DNA of 64,000 nucleotides. Source: Eledone cirrhosa (Eukaryota). The DNA lies in the NCBI GenBank assembly GCA_964016885.1, contig OZ024755.1, positions 15,066,001 through 15,130,000 on the forward strand, in the 5' to 3' direction. A model generated the notes under the pieces. It had not been told where the DNA came from. It saw only the letters and a list, made by a program, of their open reading frames with translations, and did no database searches. The first letter of the stretch is position 1. Each line of letters begins with the position of its first letter. Below, in pieces: positions 15,812 to 31,282 of this stretch. The position numbers and the translations under genes were made by a program.

Positions 15812-15893
15812 AACGAAGGAACTGTGGTAAGGATCCAGCTGGACCATAACGCATCAGAGTACTCAATACTTGGGGTAGTAGAGGGTAATAGGA
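15811..15893 (+). repeat. Repeat family A copy
   Basis: GGACCATAACGCATCAGAGTACTCAATACTTGGGGTAGTAGAG matches 56459-56501; begins at the end of a (TA)n tract. Confidence 0.85.
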
Positions 15894-16543
15894 AAATGTT
15901 GAACATTTTCCTATATATATATAGAGAGAGAGAGATGTCGGATATAGCAGCCCAGTACTGGGATCGATTTTTCTTCAACTTCTATTTCTTACTTCTTTCG
16001 TATAGGACGCACTCTGGAAGGAACCAGGTTTAATATTCCCAAGACACGCTGGATATTGTTTCTATGCCCACACGACTCCATCAGGTGTTATGGTTCCTTA
16101 CACACTATACAGACATCCGTTTATCCTTTGCAGTTGTGTCTGATTTCGACTATGGAGTGTAAGTTTCTAGATGTTGATATTTATGGTTGGCTTCAGGTTA
16201 CTTGCGCAACTGTTATTAAATTTAGTGTCGTTCTATTTGAATAATTTCTGGTACCGTTGTTCCGTTGAGTATTATTTCGTGATTAATACTAGAAAGAATG
16301 TTTCTTTTCCTTATTGCAACATTTGAATTTAATCTGAAGAATGACGAGTGCCTGGTGATATTGCATTTTTTTGGATTTGTTTGGTTTATAGGCTTTTTCT
16401 GTGTAGGCATGCACACACTCAACCAGACACGTATATTAGGATATATATCAGTATCAATTATATATATGTATGTATACATCGATATATATATATATACTAT
16501 GTGTTTCTCTAACGATATATGGTTATTTTTCTCTCTCAATATG

Positions 16544-16574
<31 letters not shown>

Positions 16575-16575
16575 C

Positions 16576-16613
<38 letters not shown>

Positions 16614-16614
16614 C

Positions 16615-16650
<36 letters not shown>

Positions 16651-17158
16651 GATTTGGTTTCGTAACAGAAGTTGTTCTTTCTTCTTTCCTATATATCAAA
16701 ATAAAGAGAGGCAGAGAAATGAAATGTACGAGAGAAGAGCGTATTTTTCTGGTCTTTTCATTTTGCTTACTTCAATAACTTCCCTGTATTTCTCACTATC
16801 TCTCTCATGCTCATACACACACGCACACGTTTTCACTTTCTAATATCACACGCACACATAAATCTATTTATAGCGGTTTATTTCTTATCTTCTCTTATTC
16901 GGTTTCTGTATTATTCTTTAAAACAGTAACCTTAACAATAACACAAATCCTGTGAAATGTGCTGCGGACAAACTATCATTTGTACAAGAAGAATAGCTAG
17001 GCCACTCTCTATCTATCTATCTATATTTGATGTGAAGTGACAGTCCCGTGACTCTTCTTGGAGTCGTAGGAGCGTCGTAGTTACATGCGATGTCTCTAAG
17101 GCATTTTAAATCATACGGAGCCCATTCCTGTCCAGGCCTTCTATCTCTCGCTCTTTTA

Positions 17159-17193
<35 letters not shown>

Positions 17194-17604
17194 GTCTTCC
17201 AGCCTTCTTGCCTGCACGTCTCTCTGCCTGTCTATATGTATATCTTTCGTGGTAATTGTTATTATAATGCTAATTTCAAGCAGTGTAGGACGGAGTCACA
17301 AACAAATAAACTAAAACTACGAAGACAGCGCGGTCTATTGGTCACAGCTTTTGTCCCATGATCAGGGGCTTGTGAGTTCTTATTCTTACGATGTTCCAGC
17401 CCATTAAATTGTTAAAAATGAATTATATCTGTAATTCAAAGGCCACACTGTTTCGCGATGGATCTCCTTTAGAATTTCGTTATGGGTGCAGGTGTCTGTG
17501 GAATGCTCAGCCACTTGGCAGATTAATTTCAGAAACAAGTTATTCGTACAACTGCTATACTCATAATTGGATGTTTAACAACAACAACAACGACACTTTC
17601 ACAC

Positions 17605-17675
17605 ACATGTATATACGTACACACACACATATATACTTATATATATATATATATATAATATATATATACATATAC

Positions 17676-17717
<42 letters not shown>

Positions 17718-17812
17718 CATTATATATATATACATATATATATATATATACATATACATTATATATATATAAATATATACATATATATATATATACATAT
17801 ATAAATATATAC

Positions 17813-17851
<39 letters not shown>

Positions 17852-17881
17852 CATATACATTATATATATATAAATATATAC

Positions 17882-17912
<31 letters not shown>

Positions 17913-17913
17913 C

Positions 17914-17987
<74 letters not shown>

Positions 17988-18069
17988 ATTAATATAAATT
18001 AATATGTATGTGATGAAACACAGATACCAACACATCTGTATATATATTGCAAAAGAAAAATGTATATAC

Positions 18070-18104
<35 letters not shown>

Positions 18105-18256
18105 CATATATATACATATACACACATATATATATACATATACACACATATATATATACATATATATACATATACACACATATATATATATAAGTATATA
18201 TACATATACACACATATATATACATATATATATATACATATATATATTTACATATA

Positions 18257-18316
<60 letters not shown>

Positions 18317-18349
18317 CATATCTCTATATATACATATCTCTATATATAC

Positions 18350-18415
<66 letters not shown>

Positions 18416-18432
18416 ATACATACATATTTACA

Positions 18433-18466
<34 letters not shown>

Positions 18467-18510
18467 CACATATATATATATATACATATGTCTGTCTGTG
18501 TGTGTGTGTA
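17605..18510. repeat. Compound (TA)n/(TACA) array
   Basis: Direct reading; short unique interruption near 18000-18060. Confidence 0.95.
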
Positions 18511-18774
18511 TACAAATATTCGTGCATCTATATGCATGACGGTGGGCCCTCCTATTGTTTAATATTAGGTTATCACTGAAGAGCATACCTATAATCAAAA
18601 GCGGTTGACTCTGACAAACCTGTTATATACAAGGCATTAGACACCCTGCATTTTATATTTCAATGTATTTTTAAGACAGCACGGTGCGACTTTAAATGTA
18701 TTTGCTCAGCAGGTGATAGCATCATCACCACCAACACGTTGGGTGTGTGGGGTGTTTGCTGCCATGGGATCGTA

Positions 18775-18860
18775 TTTATACATATACATATTTATATATA
18801 TATATATAAACTTACATATACATACATATATATATACACGTATATATATGCATACATACG

Positions 18861-18912
<52 letters not shown>

Positions 18913-19494
18913 TACATATTTGTATATATATATATATATACTTACGTATACATACATACATATACATACGTATATGCATATTTATATATATATATATACA
19001 TATACATATTTATATATATATACCTACATATACATACTTATATATATACATACGTATATATGCATATATATATATATACATATGCATATTTATATATATA
19101 TATACATATTTATATATATATATACTTACATATTTATATATATATACTTACATATACATACATATATATGCATATGCATATTTATATATATATACTTACA
19201 TATACATATATTTATATACTTACATATACATACATATATATGCATATATATGCATAGTTATATATATATACTTACATATATATATATATATATATAAATA
19301 TATGTATAAGTATATTCATATAAATATGCATATGTATGCAAATATACGTATGTTTGTGTATATATCTATATATATATATAAGTATATATATATATAAATA
19401 TGTATATGTATATATGTATCCATATATATGTATATATATATATATAAGTATATATATATAAATATGTATATGTATACATGTATGCATATATACG

Positions 19495-19537
<43 letters not shown>

Positions 19538-19590
19538 GTGTGTGTGTATGTGTATGTATGTGCGTGTTTGTGTGTGAGTGTGTGTGTATT
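18775..19590. repeat. Compound TA array with polarity switch near 19290
   Basis: TACA/TACTTA variants on the left, TGTA/TAAGTA variants on the right. Confidence 0.9.
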
Positions 19591-19919
19591 GCAAAAGAGG
19601 ATAGATAGAGAATGCTAGAAATGAGCAAATAGAATGAGAAAATTGAAAATATAATGCTGAATCGCTTTCTTCAGATAAACATAATTATGACAAACATAAC
19701 CACTCATTCATAAAGGAATAATACTGCCTTGTATTTCCACTGACAGAATTTGCCTCCTTTCACAACGTTTGCTTTGTTTCATCTTTACTGACATCCGCCA
19801 TTTTTTCCTTCCTCTTTACTATAAACCACAAACCTGCAGAGTAAATAATGTTTCATATAGCTGCCTCACACCAACTGAATAACGTTTTAATGACGCCACA
19901 TATACACACGCATCTGGTT

Positions 19920-19957
<38 letters not shown>

Positions 19958-20233
19958 AATACTTACACACAAGAAAATGTAAGAAAATATATGCAGAGAA
20001 ACACACGAACTGACAAAAATATCTAGGGAACGAAAAAATAAAAAAAATAACCACAATACAACCACACGTCAATCAACTCCGAGCTATGCATCTCGTAAAC
20101 ACCCTATAATACACACAAATACACAGTGTTTCCACGTGTATATATACATATACGTGTGTGTATATATGTATACATATTTATTTAAATACATGTATGTATT
20201 ATATATATATACGTGTGTGTGTGTGTGTTTATT

Positions 20234-20317
<84 letters not shown>

Positions 20318-20874
20318 TATAAATATATATAACCGTGTGTGTGTATAGATAGATTTATACGTATATTTATATATATATATATATATATATATTTATGTAT
20401 ACATATTTATATAAACATATATATATATATATACACTCATACAAATATACAAATACAGAACATATTTCTGTTTATATATGCACATATATATATACACACA
20501 TACCAAACGCAAAGAGATACACTCAGAAGGAAAATGCTTGGTGGTAGAAATATATCTGCACACACATAGTTCTTAGATCGTGTTAGTCATCCCGACCAAA
20601 ACCATGCAGTGTTATCGCTCCAAGTGTCAAATGTCATATGTCGCTTATGTCGTCTCAGCCGTATATTGAGAAGTCAAATGTTTTGTTTGGTTCTCAAAAT
20701 GGCGGATTACCACATTGATGGAAACTGATCTGCTATACTAGAGAGGAATGCATGTTCATGGGTAAACACACACATACACACACAAACATACGCACACACA
20801 GACCTTATCACAAACACAGGCCCACAGATACAAACACACGCTCTCACACAACCACACACGCATACTTTCACACA

Positions 20875-20997
20875 CATATACATACGCAGTACATAATGTA
20901 AATCTGCATCAGTGGCACTCATCTTGGAATTCAAACATATACATACACAGCACATAATGTAAATCTGCATCATGACTCTCATCTTGGAATTCAAACA
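20875..20997 (+). repeat. Tandem duplication, about 60 bp x2
   Basis: ACATAATGTAAATCTGCATCA...CTCATCTTGGAATTCAAACA occurs twice in succession. Confidence 0.9.
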
Positions 20998-21213
20998 ACA
21001 GAAATATTTGCATCAAGGCTATTTGATAGCTAAATGTGAGGCGTATAAGAAACAAGGAAAAATGCATATGGAAAAATAGAATAGGAGTCCTTCAAAAGAG
21101 ATTGAAGACAACGTGTGTGGTAGATAAGCTTATGAAACTAAAGGTCTTAAGACTTGGGTTAACTAAAGCAATAAGTCACTGAACGTCAAAGTCTTTCAGG
21201 TGTGACTGACAGG

Positions 21214-21253
<40 letters not shown>

Positions 21254-22779
21254 CACAAAGATTGCTATCTTGGCGATTAATGATCTTCCTAACGCATTGT
21301 TTTGATTTTAAAAATTATTTCAATTTGTGTTTCCTATTCAACAATGCTTCAAAGCAAGCTACAAAACTCTATTTATATATATATATAGATACAGATACAA
21401 ATTACTGGAGATAAGTGTATAAAGTTTAGGATGGAAAGTAAGGATACATTCTCAACTGCCACGAATATTTTCGATTGGTTATAGAAAGAGGTATTATTCT
21501 GACTGATTCACAGGATGAAAATTAAAATTAATATAGTTATTTAGCTTCAAGCAGCTCTGTTTGAAAGAAAACAACTCTGATTGAGGAAACATCGTAACAA
21601 TCGCTTTTGGTGGGGTTTGTAGAACTTCATCGTCTAATATATCCCTTCCTTTCATTAGAAAGAAGCGTGTAGTTTGCGAGAATGTGGCAGCTATTTATCG
21701 GAGCTTGAGTGAGCAAGTTTAATCACCTACATTTTTCCTATAGTGTACAAGTCTTTATGATACACCAATAGAGAGAATTACAATTTCTATGGCATTTTTT
21801 ATAGCACGATTTATAATAGATAGTCCAATTCGTGGAAGAGATTGCGAACCGGAAAATAACTTAAAGCCATACAAGTTTTACGTATGCTAGCAATAAAGTC
21901 GACTTACGCTATGAGTTATACTGCAACCAAGTCAAACGACAAGTAACTATTGTGTTGTCTCATTCATCATTCCGATGTACTAGGAGGATTTCACATTCAT
22001 ATTGTGTAGAAAAAATGAATAAAATATTAAATTTTGTGAGAATGACACACGTAATATATATATAATATATATATTATATATATATATAATATATAAATAT
22101 ATAATATACACACCGACACACACATAATATTTATATATAATATATATGTTATATATATATATATATAATATGTCTATACATTTTATACATACACACACAC
22201 GTATGTATATATATATATATATGGGTGTGTGTGTATGTATGTATGTATATATATATATCTACATACATACATCAAAAGAAAAACATAATTTAATATCTAA
22301 TCAATAATTAACTAAGTTTATCGACTGAAGAGTTCTTTGCTATTTTTCTATTAGTATAATTGTGTACAAAATAAATGTAACTATTTATGTCAACAGACAT
22401 AACTGTAACTAAGCAACCATAGATATACTGCTCTTAAGATTCATACAAAATATCGTAGATTGGGGGCCGAGCACTTAAGGATTTATTGTCAAGGTGAAAG
22501 ACGAGGTAACAGTGGGAACAAAATGCATTTTGTTCACACTGTTACCTCGTCTTTTGTTAATGTGGTTTGTTTTATATTCTGAGTTTAGCTTTCTTAGAAA
22601 TATATCATCATTTACCATCGTTATTAACAGTATTGATATCATCTTTATCATCGTCTTTGTCACCCTTAACATCGTTTCCTTTGTTATTGTCATCGTCTCC
22701 GTCATCATCGATTTGTCCCCTCGTCAACGTCGTCACTATCGTCACCGCCGATATCATTTTCATTGTATGTATATATATT

Positions 22780-22834
<55 letters not shown>

Positions 22835-22965
22835 TATATATATATATGTGTGTGTATGTGTGTGTGTGTGGGTGTGCGTGTGCGTGTGCGTGTGCGTGTG
22901 CGTGTGTGTGTGTGTGTCTGTGTGTGTATGTATGTGCGGGTATATATATATATATACAGAGAGAT

Positions 22966-23021
<56 letters not shown>

Positions 23022-23109
23022 GACGTGAGAGAAAGCGAGGGAGACTGTATGAGGGTGAGGGAGAGAGGGTGAGAATGTTAGAGAGATAAAAGTGGATTGG
23101 ATAGGTATA

Positions 23110-23285
23110 TTCGATAGATAATGGTTTCTATTTTATGCAGAAGTCCATCATCTATCGGAGAGGTAGAGATGTCGATTAGATCGACTCCAATATTTGATTG
23201 GTATGCTTTGTTTACCGACGCAAGAAGGATGAAAAGCAAAGTTGACCTAGACAGGTTTTGAACCCTCCACCGCCCTAATGACTCT
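23110..23285 (-). mobile_element. Degenerate SINE
   Basis: GGATGAAAAGCAAAGTTGACCT core shared with other SINE copies. Confidence 0.55.
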
Positions 23286-23302
23286 CCTAATCCACTTATA
23301 CA

Positions 23303-23490
23303 TAAGATGGTCGGCTGAAAACTTCATAGTCTGACCAAGATACACTCCTGGAATGACTGAATGAGGTTTATTTTTCACCATAATCCTGGGAAAGAAACAA
23401 TGCGGTTAATACGAAGATTTGAAATTAATGCATACAAGATTTCACAGTTCTAGCCTCACCCATTCAGTCTATGAACGTTTCAGTCACACA
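23303..23490. mobile_element. Mariner-type MITE, degenerate (same family as 34413-34615, opposite orientation)
   Basis: Ends GGCTGAAAACTTCATAGTCTGA / TCAGTCTATGAACGTTTCAGTC are inverted repeats; interior is the reverse complement of the 34413 copy. Confidence 0.65.
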
Positions 23491-25644
23491 TTGGAGATGA
23501 TTAACTATTCAAGTATACATAAGTAGAGAGACTGTACAAATTGTAAAGTATGTTTATCTCAGACTAATTTGTGAACGTTGTTTGAAATAATTTTCAGTTT
23601 CATTCCTAGTCGATGTCATAAACCAACTCAATTTCTTTTACAATGAATACATTTATTGATTTCCAATATTTATACAACACAATTTAAACGTCTCTAACTA
23701 TTAAAGACTGGTTGTATTAGGTTAGGCGAAGTCAATATGCGTAATATTTTGATACGTTAACAAGTAATTATTTCGTTTAAGAAAACACATTATTTGAATA
23801 CGCTTTCAGAAAAATATATAGACATGAAAAATGTTAACATTCGTGAAGAAGCAGACAAAAGTACAAATCAGCAATACAGACGAGGGAGTTGAATTAAGTG
23901 AAATTGACTTGTTTAGAGCAAATTAAGTTATGCAAAGGTCGTAATAATAAATAAACTGTAGACGAGACTCATTATTGATGTAAATGGTCGTTGTGTTTAG
24001 AATAATTAAATATTTGCCGAGAAAACTTTTGATATATTAGTGAAGACTGAAGAATGAAGAATGGACATTAAATGTCTGATTAAAGTTCTAACTTTATCAA
24101 TTGACATTGCTTTTGATATCAGTTCTTAATATTGACATCGTAAAAAGATTCGTTTTTATATTTGTAATTAAGTTCAGTGGGAAAACATTACTAAGCTCTA
24201 CTCACCATTGATACGTTGCACAGTACATATTTTAAACGTTATTCCAAATGCCTTCGGTAGGTAAATTCATATTTATATACATGAACACATAGATATATAC
24301 ATACATACGTACATACACACACATATATACATACGTATACATACACGTATACACATATACGTAGACACATACACACATGCATACATTCGTAGAAATATGT
24401 GTTCACACTCTCAAACATACACAAATATACGCACGGTTGTGTAGATAGGGAAATAGGCAAACGGAAGTCGATAAAGTGAGAGAAATATACGTAGGTTTCC
24501 TATCTTCTAAACCGTCGTGTCTAACATAAATAGTGTATACGCACTTAAGTATGTACGTACATACATATATATATACATACATACACACATTCAATAATAT
24601 CCAAAACTGGACGCACATACACACATACACACAGAAACACATATATATATATATATATATATATATCTTGGCGTTGTCTAAATTCCAATAAAAGAGTCTT
24701 AATTCTATGTTAGAAACCGGTTCTCTCAATATTGGGGGAAATTAATAAAATAATACAACCAGAATATGACATAATGTAACATACATACATACATCAAAGA
24801 AGCATTTTTACTCAATATTATAGCGATAATCGTCTCAAGCTTGAATTCTCCAGGTACATATCTGCTACAGACAAGATAACAATGAGAACTGAAGAAGAAC
24901 CGTAGGAAAAGCAATAATTGAGAAATATAAACAGAATCTTATTAGTAGTGTTTATAGAAGAAACCAAAACCATTCAGTACATTTTTATTGAGTTACAAAC
25001 TCAATAGTAACATATTCAATTACTATAAAATCATACAAAATGATGACTATATGAAAAGAATGAAATTACTGCGAGGCGAACTTTACCAACCGATGACAAA
25101 AGAATTTCACCAGCATGCAATATTTGTGGGAAAAGAAAAAGGATTGTGCCTTTCATCTTCAAACTATGCATTGCACAAGGAATGCTACTGGATATTGTCA
25201 AAACACATGCCTGCATATTAAGATGTCAGCATGTTACCTCCCAGTTAACAACAGCATATCATTGAAGTAGATCCAGTCAAGATAATACGTGGAAGTGCGA
25301 AGAATATAAGCAATTATAATCTATTATTAGTATATCAAGCCCATCCACAAGAAGGTATATTTGGTTTGAAATGCATCTACAAATCAGTCAATATATTGGG
25401 GTGAATTGTGTTGGTGTTGGCAGAGTTTAGTGAAATAGGAGGTGGCTATATATAATGGATTAATGTTCCACCAGTTTAGAAATTTAGCGCTAACAACTGC
25501 AACGCTGTACATTCGAATATGTATTATATGCGTATTACACGATAAACAACAAAACAAAATGCGCTATTTCTTTAAACCCAGCAAACCCATCTGAATACAG
25601 CAGATTTCTTCCAGAGAAGGATAGAGAGAGAGAAAGAAATATAG

Positions 25645-25795
25645 TGATAGAATCGACCCCACTAATTGACTGCTATATTTTTTGTTGAACTCCAATGGAT
25701 AAAAGGCAAAGTTGACCTCGGCGTGATTTGAACATAGAGCGAGGAAAGACGAAACGAATACCGTTCTAATGACGCTGCCAATTCGCTGCCTTAAA
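25645..25795 (-). mobile_element. Degenerate SINE
   Basis: AAAGGCAAAGTTGACCTCGGCGTGATTTGAAC and CTGCCAATTCGCTGCC head. Confidence 0.65.
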
Positions 25796-26640
25796 TTTTA
25801 AATAAAGGTATGTACATGAGTTCATATATTCCAACATTCCAAAGGAAATGCGTGGTGAATGGGTGAGGAGGGGTAATTTAAACTTGGGTTGATTTTGTTT
25901 ATATAAATGTTATTTATTTATCATTACCTGATAGTAAAAACAGCAATATAGTCAGTTTGAACTGACACTAACAAAAGATTGACGGCAACTGAATATAGAC
26001 TGACACATTGACAGAGCCAATAAATCCATTTATTTAAATTACTCTACTGCTTTCAAGCAATTATTTTCTCAAAAGTGATTTAAGTCAATTATTTTTCATA
26101 CTGTATATATATGTGTGTGTGTGCGTGTGCGTGTGCGTGTGCGTGTGCGTGTGCGTGTGTGTGTGTGTGTGTCTGTGTGTGTGTGTGTGTATACACATGT
26201 ATATATATATATGTATATATACGTATCTATATATGTATTTATATAGTGTATTTTCATCTAATGCTGATGTTAGGATTAGTTTGAACGCATTTAGTTCATA
26301 CTTTGTTATATATTTTGATCTAAATTCTCTTTGAGCTAATTTATACATTGCTATTCTAAAGCTTAACTCCCCTTTATTTTCCTTCTCAACGTAGTTATTG
26401 TTATAGAAACTTCCTCTACTCAACTATATGTTAAGAGTTTGCTGGGGATTAGATTTAATGCTGTAATAAATAAAATGCTTACGAAGGTTCCATGCCTCTA
26501 TTTAATGGAATAAAAAAGGCTGCATATTCCATCTCCCTTGCAACCATCCGGGTAACACAATTGAAATTCTGTCCTTTGGGAGCCATCAAACAACATCGCT
26601 GCGTTACTGCGATGTTTTGCAAAGACATAAAATAGTATTG

Positions 26641-26690
<50 letters not shown>

Positions 26691-26693
<3 letters not shown>

Positions 26694-27153
26694 TCAAGCT
26701 GTGGCACGCTGCCCAGGCTTTGCTCTTCCTCTCGACTCCATCTTCTCCCGTATTCCCAATCTTTGCTCCCAAATGCAGCAAGTCCCCAAACAAGTCTAGC
26801 GGCTTCCCGCCTACATTAGTAATCCCATCTGGCTTCTCAACCAATCTCTACCAGATATTTCGTCTTAATATCATTCATTCTCAGCCCCACATTCATCGAC
26901 ACAGTCTCAACTTCCTGCATCAAACCGTCTGCATCCTTCACTGCGTTTGTCACCAAAACTATGTCATCGGCAAATTCAGCATCCGATATCTTTTTCACCT
27001 TAACTCTCCTGCTCTAAGACGGTGTTACAGTAACGCCAGAGTCCTGATGTTTCTCCAGTGCAAGGCGCATACAATAGTCCACTATGATTATAAAAAGGTA
27101 GGGAGCCAATGTATCTCCCTGGAGCAAACCAGCAAGTATCTCAAAGATACATT
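26691..27153 (-). mobile_element. RTE-clade LINE, inverted 5' segment (RT domain)
   Basis: GLLQGDTLAPYLFIIIVDY, EFADDIVL, LHLGAKI...RKSKAWAACHSL, with stops and a frameshift. Confidence 0.9.
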
Positions 27154-27573
27154 GCTGTAATGAAGTATGTGGTACTGTACGGGTGTGAGACTTGGACACT
27201 GACCAAGAACCTCACTCAGATGGTGGCTGGGTGCTACACGAGAATGCTGAGGATGGCTCTGAACATCAATCAATATACACTGAGGATGAACAACACAGAG
27301 CTGTATGGGAGCCTCCCAGTAGTCAGCTCAAAAGTGACACAGAGGAGACTGAGGTCAACTGGACATGCTCACCGACATCCAGAGTTGACACTGCACTCAG
27401 TGCTCCTGTGGAATACTCTGCATGGACATACTGGAAGAGGAAGACCGAGGTTAACATATGTTGATGCCCTAAGGACAGTCACTGGTCTGTTGGAGAGGTA
27501 TGACTTGGCAGTGATAATGAGGGACAGAGACCGCTGGAGAGAACACGTCCATGGATCTCGGGGATTTTACCCG

Positions 27574-27576
<3 letters not shown>
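27154..27576 (+). mobile_element. RTE-clade LINE, 3' segment
   Basis: VLYGCETWTL...GCYTRMLR...RRLRSTGH...GRGRPRLTYVD...MRDRDRWR, typical RTE C-terminus; ends in (TA)n. Confidence 0.9.
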
Positions 27577-27625
<49 letters not shown>

Positions 27626-27709
27626 TTGTGTGTGTGTACATATATGTATAATGTTGTTGATTTCCCTAAAATCCAAATAGGAAGAACACTTAATCCGAGT
27701 AACGTGACG

Positions 27710-27760
<51 letters not shown>

Positions 27761-28431
27761 TATCTGTAGAATATGGAGAAGGAAAAACAACTCTCAATGA
27801 CAGAGGATATCGTTCAACACACCTGCATTGAACATGATAATGAAGTAAAAACGAATGTAATCTGCATGAAATACCACACTTTAAAATGGATCCTAGAAAC
27901 AATAAAACATGTAAATTCCTTTTGAATTTCATGCATATAAATTTACTCAATTGAATATATGGTATTTATAAAACAGAATATATGGTATTTATGAAACAGA
28001 ACCGTGCTTTAAATTTTCATAAAAATGAAATTATGAAAAAAAAATAAAGAAGAAATTGGCAACATTTCGTTTTATTGTTACTACGAAAGAACATTTAGTT
28101 TTTGAATTAAACGTATATTTTATTACATGTTAACAATTTTAGCAATTGATTTACTATTTTCATTTTAATCATACATTTATTGTAGAAATGTTCTAAAGAA
28201 TGACCAAGTTCTCTCCTTCAGAATTAATAAACAATTGCCAGCATGATTTTAAATAGAACACGATTAGAAACTTCTCTCCGTGTTATAATAGATATCTGGG
28301 TTTTTTTTTAATTATGCACGCAGTTGCCAATATTTGTGTCAATTTTGTTCTATCTTCCATATATGATCACGTGTATGGTTCATATATAATAAATAGCACC
28401 TGAGAAATACATACGATATTTCATAATGCAT

Positions 28432-28467
<36 letters not shown>

Positions 28468-28818
28468 AAGGCATATATTGCGTTAGAAACTCAAAATAGT
28501 CTCAAAATAGCTCAAAGAAAGAGGCTTTTATACTCGCACAATATTCAGTCTTCTGAGATACTTAGAAGTGGAGGGATTAACAATTTTACACCAACTGAAG
28601 AACAAAGAATTGGAATTTCTTCGCTAATAATTGCGAGATAGCCAACAAAACTGTCTGGGTGCTTCGGCAATTACCATATATAGGTTTTCTTTTTCTTGAT
28701 TTATTATTTTAAATTGAGTCTGGCAAACCATATTGTTAATAGTTAGTATTTTTTTCAACCTGGCGAACTTGGTCCCTTACAATTTGAACACCTGTATGTT
28801 GATCTCTATTTTATATTC

Positions 28819-28878
<60 letters not shown>

Positions 28879-31008
28879 TATAACAAATTATCGTTATAGG
28901 TAATCCAGTTAAACATTTCCCAAGAAACGCCGTATACCAATATGGTACCACTACGATTCTATGAGGAGTTACGGGTACATAATTATATACATAATGTCAT
29001 TTTAGGAATATTGGGATTCTATTTCTTGCAGAACGATTACCCACAAAGTAGCTCATCGTTTCGATACTGACAGTTATGTAAAATGTATTTGTTGGAAAAT
29101 TACATGATTGTCATGATATCGATGTGTATTATTTTACAATGTCATTGGATATCACATTAATTGTGGAGTAAATACGCCATAATATTCGAAATACAAACAC
29201 ATAACAATGTCATTTCTGAAAGATTGTGCTTCTCTGACATTTTGCTGGTTAACTAAATGCAAGAGAATTTTAAACGATAGACTTTCATTTCCAAAGCAAT
29301 TAGTGCACACATGCTAATAGAAATAAACTGAAAACAAACACATCTTATGAATTACATATAAACATATAATATGATTCTAAATAATAGCTAGATTTGTACG
29401 AGGATGGAGATATGCTAGCGATGATTTCTATAGTGTGCAGGTATTTTAAAAATCAATATAAAATATACTTGAGTTTAAAAGCATCTATTTAAATACATTT
29501 CCTAAAGAACATTTTTTAAACATACAATACTACTTTCTTCATAAGATCTTTTGGTAGTAGTAATAGCATTACATATATTAGTTCAGTATTATATTTTAAA
29601 CAAGACATCTTTAAAATCAGCTTAACAAATGAAATGATGATTAACTCTAACATGTACAATAAATATTTTAATCTTGTATTTTGGTTAACGTATCAGAGGT
29701 CTCTAAACTAATACACTCTACTGACGTTGATAAATGGTTCTAATTTCTATGCTATTCAACATAATGAAATATTAAATTTAAAAGCTGAAGTAAAACATAG
29801 ACACTGGCGTAGCTGTGTGGGTAAGGAATTGATTCTGCAACAACGTAATTTCGCTTTACACTTTCAGCCTACCAAACGTCATTCACAGAGCATAGGTCAA
29901 CTAGATACTATAGTAGAATATATTTTGCCAATAGGAAAAAAAATTAGTATTTCAAGGAGTTACTAACACTAACATGTACACAGCTAATTTGAACTGCTGG
30001 AAATTAACACCGAGCCATCCATCTAAACCTCTATTATATTTTAACGACACGATACTCTATTTCTCTTAAGACACATAGTGATGTGAAGTAAAACTTCCAC
30101 GTCAGTCAGTCATTAAATCATTCTCTACAGAGACAATAGAGTCCAACCAAGACAGAAACTTCAAGCTAGAAATACTCAATGCAACTATAAATGATAAAAA
30201 ATACTCTACACTACTCACTAACGTTTGACTAACATTCGGTTTATACATAATGCTATTTGGACAATGTATAATGTTTTTTTAATAATTGATTTAGAAACCT
30301 TATTGTTTATCGATCACCAGATATTGATTTTTGTTTTAAATTGTAAACAGGTTTATGGAAAAAGTCATGAAATAAACCGACCACTAATATTTTATTGAGA
30401 ATTGTTTTATCGACACTTGAGGCATAAATGTTGTAGTGGATTTTAGTAGTCTTTAATCACAGAAAGTAACGAATTACTCGAAGGCATGTAGCACATTGGT
30501 ATTGTAATACAATCGCATACATATACATACATACATACATACATGCACACATACACACACACATATATATATATATATTTAAAAAAAGTAAAAGAATGAC
30601 TTCACTTGGAGGTCTAAACTAGATCTACCAAATCATAATATAAAATTAAATCAAATTGTTTAGAACTACAGGTTAAATCATTCTTTGTCCTTTTTTTAAA
30701 TAGATCTAACTGTACCAAGGCTTTCACACATTTCATATATATTTATATATACTGAATGTGGTCTACCTTACGTGGTAGGATCTATACCGTAGTTAGAACT
30801 GAATGTAATCCGTTAGCAAGTATTTCAGTGAGATCCTGATATTGGTTCCGTCTTTCCTTCAGATACAGAGTCTGAGATATTAGGCAATTTATTTACATAT
30901 ATCTTTCAGTGTTTTACGATCATTTAGGAGGGTTGATTATATTGACTGATCTATAGCATTTATAGAACTGTATACTAGTAGACATGATATATGGGTTTGA
31001 TGATGCCA

Positions 31009-31211
31009 TCTTCTTCGGAAACAATGAAGTTAGAATCTTTATTGGTAGCATATAAACAGGGTAGATATAAGATAAGACATACCATACAAATACATATTCC
31101 TAATCAAAGGAGGCAATCTGGAACATATATTTGAACGGCATGTTTATTCTTATATCTAACCTGCTTTTATACTACCCATAAAGATTCTAACTTCATTGTT
31201 TCCGAAGAAGA
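31009..31211. repeat. Imperfect fold-back, about 90 bp arms
   Basis: TCTTCTTCGGAAACAATGAAGTTAGAATCTTTAT versus ATAAAGATTCTAACTTCATTGTTTCCGAAGAAGA; about 20 bp spacer. Confidence 0.9.
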
Positions 31212-31282
31212 CGATTTGATATGCAGGCGAAATACTAGAATAACAAGACTCACTATTTAGCCTTAATAAATGAATTTGAAGC

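Noticed and set aside
20875-20997. Repeat-spacer (CRISPR-like) array
   Set aside because: Only two adjacent units with no spacers, in a eukaryotic context
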